From positions 3,150,001-3,182,000 of the forward strand of contig NZ_CP011304.1 of the NCBI RefSeq assembly GCF_000981785.2: a stretch of DNA of 32,000 bases, in the 5' to 3' direction. Within the stretch, counting starts at the first letter, position 1, and each line of letters begins with the position of its first letter. Below the pieces are notes generated by a model that was not told where the DNA came from, searched no databases, and saw only the letters and a program-made list of their open reading frames with translations. Positions 26,095 through 32,000 of this stretch are shown here, piece by piece. Both the position numbers and the translations under genes were made by a program. The DNA is from Microcystis aeruginosa NIES-2549 (GTDB lineage: Bacteria > Cyanobacteriota > Cyanobacteriia > Cyanobacteriales > Microcystaceae).

Positions 26095-26247
26095 TTAATA
26101 CTCTTCCCAGTCAGAAGGGTATTTCAAGGTGGTCCCGAAGGTAGGCTCAGGGGAAGGAGACTTGATGGAAGATTCCTCTTTGCTTACGGACAAGAAACGA
26201 GCAAAGAAAGGAAGTGCTTTACCTTGTTGATCGTTGGGATATGCCAT
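26095..26247 (-). CDS. mdnA: Microviridin precursor peptide MdnA (50 aa), core FGTTLKYPSDWEEY
   Basis: It is below the size cut-off of the ORF track. My hand translation is MAYPNDQQGKALPFFARFLSVSKEESSIKSPSPEPTFGTTLKYPSDWEEY*. GAGG lies 7 nt upstream of the ATG. The PFFARFL leader motif and the KYPSDWEE core motif are both present. Confidence 0.95.
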   Translation of the reverse strand: MAYPNDQQGKALPFFARFLSVSKEESSIKSPSPEPTFGTTLKYPSDWEEY

Positions 26248-26729
26248 AGTTATTCCTCTGGTAATTTCGAGTGAATAGGTTTAATCACTCAGACAAAACT
26301 AACAACCTGTACTAACCCTTGAAAGCTTTGCTGTGCATGGCTTTCAGAATTGGGATTGTGCAAATAATTTGCCTTTGTTTGGGTGATGGGAAACATAATA
26401 AGCACTAATCTGGCCAATGTCAAGCACTTAAGAACAATTTCTGCTAAATCCGACATTCAGCATATCTTCATATACTTGTATATGTTTTTACATTCCCCAA
26501 GATGTTTTAACGAAAAACCTTGATTATAGAAACTACTATTGAGAACATTGTCAATAATTGATTTTTTCTGAGAAAAAAATTTACAATTCTTCACCTTGAT
26601 CAAAATCCATGATTGTAGCTATAATCCTTACTGGACAAGGATTGTAAGCAATATATTGGTAAAAATTATTAATTGAATGTTAAGAAGTGCGGAAAGTGGG
26701 ATTTAATACTCCACACTTAAAACTCAAAT

Positions 26730-26774
26730 CTGATAACTGATCACTGATAACTGATCACTGATAACTGATAGCTG
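26730..26774. repeat. (CTGATAA / CTGATCA)n heptamer array
   Basis: Direct reading gives ctgataa ctgatca ctgataa ctgatca ctgataa ctgatag ctg. It lies between the rodA stop and the region upstream of mdnA. Confidence 0.9.
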
Positions 26775-26783
26775 TACAACTAC

Positions 26784-28064
26784 TTAGTACAAACGCTTAC
26801 GGGGGCGATAATTAGCCACGGATTCCACTAAACCCAAGGCGATAAAATTGGTTAATAAAGATGAACGTCCATAACTTAACCAGGGTAAAGGAATCCCTGT
26901 AATCGGGGCTAATCCCACGGTCATGCTAATATTAAGAATTGCCTGAAAAGCGATCATCGAGAGAACACCGATCGCTATTAAAGAACCGAAGTTTTCTTTA
27001 GCAGTATTAGCAATAACTAACAAACGCCAACAGATTAACCAGAAAGCTATTAAAACTAGAATACTGCCGACAAAACCGAGTTCTTCCCCGACTACAGAGA
27101 AGATAAAATCGGTGTGTTGTTCGGGAATAAAATTTAATTGGGTTTGGGTGCCTTGGTGTAATCCCCTTCCCAATAATTCTCCCGATCCGATGGCAATGCG
27201 GGATTGAATTAATTGATAACCTCCCCCCAAAGGATTCTTTTCTGGGTCAAGAAATAGGGTTAAACGATCTTTTTGATATTCTTTTAATAAACCCCAAAAA
27301 ACCTCGCCTAATTTACCCACTGCCAAATTAGTTGCCACCACGAGGAAAGTAGATAAAAAACGGTAGGGAAGGGTAAACCAAGCAAGCACAGCGATGATAA
27401 TTGCTAAAACAATCCAAGCAGGAAAAAGTAAATTAAACAGAAAAACCGATGCGAGGGGAGATAAGAGGATAATCATCCAAGGTAGTTTCGCATTAGCCCA
27501 GTAAATCATGCCTAGGGTAATTGCACCAAAGACTAATCCTGTCCCCAAGTCCGGCTGCGCCATAATTAACACCCAGGGGATGGCAGTGACGGCAAAAACA
27601 CGAGCGATCGCAAAAAGATTATCGGCGGGACGATGATGTAGGAGGGCTGCTAGGGTGATAATTAAACCTACCTTGGCAAATTCCGACGGTTGCACGTTAA
27701 AACTGCCGATATTAATCCAACTTTGCGCCCCATTCGCCGTCACCCCTAGGACAATTACCGCAATTAGGGAGAGATTGGTAAGAAGATAGGTTAACCAGTG
27801 CCATTTGAGCAGACTTTCGTAACGACAACGGGCCAGAAATAAAGCGATCGCCACTCCCACGGATCCGAATAACCAGTGTTGCCACCAGTCGAGAGCGGTG
27901 GTGTTCCTTTCGGCACTACGAATCATTAAACCACCGAAAACGGTTAAACCCGTCACCAAAACGAACAAAAGCCAATCAATTTGGGCTAGATCCCGGAAAA
28001 TAAAGCTAAACTGCTCACCAAAACCGCTTAGTTTCCTACTAATAAGGGACTGTCTTCTCACCAT
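26784..28064 (-). CDS. rodA: SEDS-family peptidoglycan glycosyltransferase RodA
   Basis: DRLTLFLDPEKNPLGGGYQLIQSRIAIGSGELLGRGLHQGTQTQLNFIPEQHTDFIFSVVGEELGFVG aligns closely with the E. coli RodA segment ...[46 protein letters not shown]. I prefer the ATG at 28064 to the TTG at 28076. Confidence 0.85.
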   Translation of the reverse strand: MVRRQSLISRKLSGFGEQFSFIFRDLAQIDWLLFVLVTGLTVFGGLMIRSAERNTTALDWWQHWLFGSVGVAIALFLARCRYESLLKWHWLTYLLTNLSLIAVIVLGVTANGAQSWINIGSFNVQPSEFAKVGLIITLAALLHHRPADNLFAIARVFAVTAIPWVLIMAQPDLGTGLVFGAITLGMIYWANAKLPWMIILLSPLASVFLFNLLFPAWIVLAIIIAVLAWFTLPYRFLSTFLVVATNLAVGKLGEVFWGLLKEYQKDRLTLFLDPEKNPLGGGYQLIQSRIAIGSGELLGRGLHQGTQTQLNFIPEQHTDFIFSVVGEELGFVGSILVLIAFWLICWRLLVIANTAKENFGSLIAIGVLSMIAFQAILNISMTVGLAPITGIPLPWLSYGRSSLLTNFIALGLVESVANYRPRKRLY

Positions 28065-28089
28065 TTCTCTCCCCAAATTTACTAACTAA

Positions 28090-28287
28090 CTAGGGTTTGC
28101 TCAATAAATCTAAAAACATTGTTCGATAAGACTTTTAGACCTTTTTGAAATCCAAAAGCACCGGACATTGGAGTGATTGGGGGGAAAATTTAGGGACTTT
28201 TTCCCTGAAAATGGGTAAAATCCTACACCCTACACCCTACACCCTACACCCTGCCCCCACCGAAAAACTTTTTGCCGCAAACCCTAA
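28090..28287. mobile_element. MITE-like element, copy 2 (inverted relative to 3087-3305)
   Basis: It aligns along its length with the reverse complement of 3087-3305, including ggggggaaaatttagggactttttccctgaaaat and a (CCTACAC)n array. The termini are CTAGGGTTTGCTCAATAAATCT and AAACTTTTTGCCGCAAACCCTAA. Confidence 0.6.
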
Positions 28288-29345
28288 CTATAGGCTGCTA
28301 CGGATACTTTCGCCGCCACCTGACGAGCGATCGCTATCAGGGCTTTAGCTGAGGCCGATTCTGGTTGCCCCAAGACCACTGGTACACCAGTATCACCGCC
28401 CTCCCGGAGGGATATCTCCAGAGGTACACATCCCAGTAAAGGAATGCCCAATTCTTGCGAGGTTTTTTCCCCACCACCGGACCCAAATAGATCATAGGAG
28501 CGATCGGGCTGATCTGGAGGGATAAAATAACTCATATTTTCCACGATACCCAAAACCCGCGCCCCTAGCTGTTGGAACATTTTTAAACCCCGACGCGCAT
28601 CAATTAAAGAAACCGTCTGGGGAGTGGTGACAATCACCGCACCGGCTAGGGGGACCGATTGAATTAAAGTTAATTGTGCATCCCCGGTACCGGGAGGCAT
28701 ATCGACGATTAAATAGTCTAAATCGCCCCAATTGACTTGATAGAGAAACTGACGGATAATGCCGTTTAACATCGGACCGCGCCAGATTACCGGTTGATCG
28801 GGGTTGATCAAAAAGCCCATGGAAACCATTTTGATGCCATGGTTAAAAGCGGGTTCCAATATCTCGCCATTTGCGCCCTGTACGGTCACTTGTGCGTCAT
28901 TTAAGCCCAACATTGTCGGGGCGTTGGGGCCGTAGATGTCCGCGTCTAATAGCCCCACTTTTGCCCCTAAATGAGCTAAGGCGACGGCGATATTGACAGC
29001 CACGGTACTTTTCCCGACACCGCCCTTACCACTGGAAACGGCGATAATATTTTTAACCCCCTCCACGCCTTGGCGATCGGGTAAAGCTTTTTGTTGCGGG
29101 GTTTCGGCAGTTACCTCCACGGCGACACTTTCCACCCCGGGCAGCTGTTTAACGGCTTTTTGGCAGTCTTCCACGATAAATTCGCGCAAAGGACAGGCAG
29201 GAGTGGTCAAAACTAGGGTAAAGCTAACTTTTCCGCCATCGATCGCCACATTGCGGATCATGTTCAATTCCACTAGGCTTTTTTGCAGTTCTGGATCTTG
29301 AACGGGACGTAATACTTCTAAAATCGATGCGGTATCAAGGGGCAT
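28284..29345 (-). CDS. Mrp/NBP35/ApbC family Fe-S cluster carrier ATPase with N-terminal DUF59 (MIP18-like) domain
   Basis: The deviant Walker A is SGKGGVGKST. The N-terminus is ...VLRPVQDPELQKSLVELNMIRNV, and a CPxxC-like cysteine segment follows. I prefer the ATG at 29345 (MPLDTASILEVL...) to the TTG at 29366. Confidence 0.85.
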   Translation of the reverse strand: MPLDTASILEVLRPVQDPELQKSLVELNMIRNVAIDGGKVSFTLVLTTPACPLREFIVEDCQKAVKQLPGVESVAVEVTAETPQQKALPDRQGVEGVKNIIAVSSGKGGVGKSTVAVNIAVALAHLGAKVGLLDADIYGPNAPTMLGLNDAQVTVQGANGEILEPAFNHGIKMVSMGFLINPDQPVIWRGPMLNGIIRQFLYQVNWGDLDYLIVDMPPGTGDAQLTLIQSVPLAGAVIVTTPQTVSLIDARRGLKMFQQLGARVLGIVENMSYFIPPDQPDRSYDLFGSGGGEKTSQELGIPLLGCVPLEISLREGGDTGVPVVLGQPESASAKALIAIARQVAAKVSVAAYS

Positions 29346-29611
29346 GGTTTCAGTGTCTCTAATCAAGTATTGTTCTTATGGTTATTTATCTTAACCTTGA
29401 TGCCCGCACAGTTATCAGTGGGGAGTGGGGAGTTTTTTGCTGTGAACAGTGAACAGTAAGTAGTCGTGCAAAATTAATTTCCTAGTGAAGATAGGCAAGA
29501 GGCACTCATGCAATAGGCAAGAGCGGGGTTAGATATGTGTAATTAATTTTGCTTAGGTACTTAATCAGTGAACTGAAAACTCACATCTGATAACTGATAA
29601 CCTCTATCCCC

Positions 29612-29633
29612 CTAGATCTCTAGATCTCTAGAT
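29612..29633. repeat. Tandem palindromic octamer (CTAGATCT)n
   Basis: Direct reading gives ctagatct ctagatct ctagat. It contains the stop codon (29628-29630) of the MOSC gene. Confidence 0.8.
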
Positions 29634-30419
29634 TACGGTAATAGGATCGCCGACTCTAATTGTACCTGTCTTTTCGGGGATGACATTTTCTCCGAACATG
29701 ATGCCTCCGGGGAAACTGCGAAAAGTGCTTAAGGTTTTTAAAGGTTCTTGCTGGGGATTTCTTCTACCTGTTTCTTGATCGGTGGTGGTGATAATACAGC
29801 GACTACAGGGTTTAACTAGAGCATAGGTGATCTCGGCAATTTTGATCTTTTGCCAACTACTTTCGCTAAAAGCTCGATCGCTACTAATAACAATATTAGG
29901 ACGAAAACGATTCATCGGCACCGGTGTGACTAAACGCCGATTTAAGTCCTCTAAAGAAGCAGTATTAGTCAATAAAATTGGATAACCATCGGCAAAGCTG
30001 ACGGGAGTATGATCGTTCCCTGCATAGCGATGATTCGCGGGACGTGGATAATCGGGAGATTGTCGCACTAAACGACAGGAAATGTCGAGAATTTTCTGGA
30101 ACCATTCGGCGATTTCATCCCCTTGATCCATGGCTATGGTTTGAGATTCCCAGATTTGAACCGCTCTTTTTTCTCCTGTGAAATTAGGACAAAAAGTTAG
30201 GGAATCTTGAGATGTTTTCAGAGAAAAGTTATCTCCTGTCATCCTGATAGAAACCCTGGCTAATTGCGGATATTCTCTTTGAGTGATAAATTTACCCTTA
30301 GCATCCACCAACATCATTTCCCGATCCCAGAGTAAACCTTTAGGAGTCACTTCAGCTTGGGATAATTGAATACCTCGACAGGATTTAATCGGGTAGATAT
30401 AGAGATCAGTAACCTGCAT
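29628..30419 (-). CDS. MOSC domain-containing protein (YcbX-like, MOSC_N beta-barrel plus MOSC)
   Basis: MQVTDLYIYPIKSCRGI... is the typical MOSC_N start. The motif ...RFRPNIV...CSRCIITTTDQETG... carries the conserved MOSC cysteine. Confidence 0.8.
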   Translation of the reverse strand: MQVTDLYIYPIKSCRGIQLSQAEVTPKGLLWDREMMLVDAKGKFITQREYPQLARVSIRMTGDNFSLKTSQDSLTFCPNFTGEKRAVQIWESQTIAMDQGDEIAEWFQKILDISCRLVRQSPDYPRPANHRYAGNDHTPVSFADGYPILLTNTASLEDLNRRLVTPVPMNRFRPNIVISSDRAFSESSWQKIKIAEITYALVKPCSRCIITTTDQETGRRNPQQEPLKTLSTFRSFPGGIMFGENVIPEKTGTIRVGDPITVI

Positions 30420-31683
30420 TTTCTTTCAGTATTTCTACATATTTTTTTGCCACATCTTCCCAAGTCCAGAGATTAACTCTATTGGGGATATCTTCGGGTA
30501 ACAAGCGAGGAATTGGATTGAGGATAAATTGTTCTAAACAATTGGCTAAACTGTCCGCATCTCCCCTAGGATAGAATTGCACTCTTTCGGGACAATTATA
30601 TAATTCTACCTGTTCTTGAAACACTTCTAAATCGGAAGCGATAACGGGAATACCTTGTAAAATTGCTTCTGCTATTGCTAATCCAAAACCTTCGTATTTT
30701 GAGGGAAATACCACACAGGAACAGGTTTGATAATAAAATTGCAAGGTTTCATAGTCTTGATAACCTAATCCCTTGATATGACTCTCGAAAATTTCTTGAT
30801 TTTCCCGATAAAGTCGGGTACATTCTTTGAGATAATCTTGATATTCTTGAGTTTGGGACTGTTGAGACAATTGCAGATTTCCACTAACTAGATTATCGGT
30901 TTCTTTGCCGATAAAAACTATTTGAAATTTTAAACCTTTTTTAGCTAGTGTCATGGCTGCTTTGAGTAAAGTCAGATGATCTTTGTAGATACCAAAAGAG
31001 GAGGGAAAATAAAAAGTAACTAGCTCACTTTTGACTAGATCACTCTTGGGATGAGACTGCTCGATAAATCCTGCTAAGGGTACAGCTTTTAATTTACTGG
31101 CATAGGTAGCATTGGGAAAAACTTTTAAAACATCGTCTTTAGTTTTTTGGGAAATTGTGAAGAGTAGATCGGCCTTATCTAACCATTCTTTTAACGCTTC
31201 ATTGTAGGGTTCTTGATAGGATTCTGAGTAAGTTAAGGGAGCAAATTGCCAAAACACATCATAAATAATGCCACTTAAAGTAACCTTGACATTGGGGGGA
31301 GAAATCCGATTAGTCATCCCATACAAACAGTGATCAGCTTGGTAACGATTGATAATCTGATTGATTCTTGCTTCGCTGCGTAAAAGCTCAATTCTACGAG
31401 AGAAAAGACGATGAATATAATTCAGTCTTAGGGTTTTGTAAAAATTGGCTATAAGACCATAAAAATAGATTAATTTTGTCTCAAAACTCTGGGGATAAAA
31501 ATCAAAATTTTCGTAGATAAGTTTATCGGAATCGGGCATTAAAGACTTAAAATATTCAATGTCATGACGAGGGAGGACGATAATAATTTGTTCGACGTAT
31601 TCTAATAAGCTAGGTATTAAAGAGATAATGACTCTTTCTACTCCTCCTTTGCGATAAAACACGATCGGGATGACAATTTTCAT
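30406..31683 (-). CDS. Glycosyltransferase family 4 (GT-B, Glycos_transf_1 domain)
   Basis: The C-terminal motif is FPSKYEGFGLAIAEAILQGIPVIASD. It is 425 aa, and its stop overlaps the MOSC start by 14 nt. Confidence 0.8.
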   Translation of the reverse strand: MKIVIPIVFYRKGGVERVIISLIPSLLEYVEQIIIVLPRHDIEYFKSLMPDSDKLIYENFDFYPQSFETKLIYFYGLIANFYKTLRLNYIHRLFSRRIELLRSEARINQIINRYQADHCLYGMTNRISPPNVKVTLSGIIYDVFWQFAPLTYSESYQEPYNEALKEWLDKADLLFTISQKTKDDVLKVFPNATYASKLKAVPLAGFIEQSHPKSDLVKSELVTFYFPSSFGIYKDHLTLLKAAMTLAKKGLKFQIVFIGKETDNLVSGNLQLSQQSQTQEYQDYLKECTRLYRENQEIFESHIKGLGYQDYETLQFYYQTCSCVVFPSKYEGFGLAIAEAILQGIPVIASDLEVFQEQVELYNCPERVQFYPRGDADSLANCLEQFILNPIPRLLPEDIPNRVNLWTWEDVAKKYVEILKENAGY

Positions 31684-32000
31684 AGATTTACTTACAGATA
31701 GATGGCAATAAAAAGATTGATTTTTGACTTGAACCTATTATATGATAGGCTCGAATTGTTCTACTGAGTCGAGAAATCGAGTTAAATTCAAGGAACTAAG
31801 ACTCTATCACCCATCGCCCCTATTTTCCCTCGATCTTGGAGAAAAAGAGTGTCACAAGCTACTCCATCCCTACAATCTAATCTCAAACAATGGCTACGAG
31901 CCAGCGCACCTTCTCTATTTCAAATTAAACAACGTTTGAGCGCCCGTCGTTGGCCGAAAAAATCGATCGTTATTTACACAGAAAAATATCGTCCCATGCT

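Noticed and set aside
26005-26274. Track ORF of 89 aa on the plus strand, overlapping mdnA
   Set aside because: It is an antisense shadow of the real 50-aa precursor gene. Its sequence (MAASLVSGAFSFLSVRCNQEKCC...) has no recognisable features, and the opposite strand carries an exact microviridin precursor with an RBS.
28145-28348. Track ORF of 67 aa on the plus strand
   Set aside because: It lies inside the MITE copy and runs antisense into the 3' end of mrp. It reads through the CCTACAC array (HPTPYTLHPAP).
31742-31939. Track ORF of 65 aa upstream of the glycosyltransferase
   Set aside because: It has no RBS and no motif, and it sits in the probable promoter region of the minus-strand operon.

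Overview
The window is a chromosomal segment of a cyanobacterium, most consistent with Microcystis. Supporting signs are the HIP1 palindrome GCGATCGC at 11 or more sites by eye, many heptamer (STRR-like) tandem arrays, several MITE-like elements, and a GC content in the low 40s by eye (not computed). Most genes are housekeeping: a partial RNase II/R, ybaB, pdxJ, a ycf54-like gene, rodA, mrp/apbC, a MOSC gene, a glycosyltransferase, an O-antigen-ligase-like gene and an AEC transporter.

The main feature is a complete microviridin-type RiPP cluster at about 20.9-26.2 kb. It has a 50-aa precursor gene that is missing from the ORF track (26095..26247, minus strand). The precursor carries the PFFARFL leader motif and the core FGTTLKYPSDWEEY. 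Two ATP-grasp ligases (mdnB, mdnC) follow it. A GNAT acetyltransferase (mdnD-like) and an ABC transporter (mdnE-like) lie on the opposite strand and converge on them. This family is already described, so the interest here is in the local details: the unlisted precursor, the convergent split, a repeat element that supplies the mdnD stop codon, and a long-range inverted repeat between mdnA and mdnB.

The second region worth attention is an accessory-looking stretch at 8.4-15.1 kb. It encodes a PLD/EF-hand/ComEA fusion nuclease, a dynamin-like GTPase, a stand-alone FGE/SUMF1-domain protein, an MntA/HepT toxin-antitoxin pair and a Uma2 endonuclease.

Two ORF-free spacers of 400-530 bp (6271..6798 and 18777..19195) could hold structured RNAs, but I could not assign them to any family. 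I recognised no rRNA, tRNA or CRISPR array.
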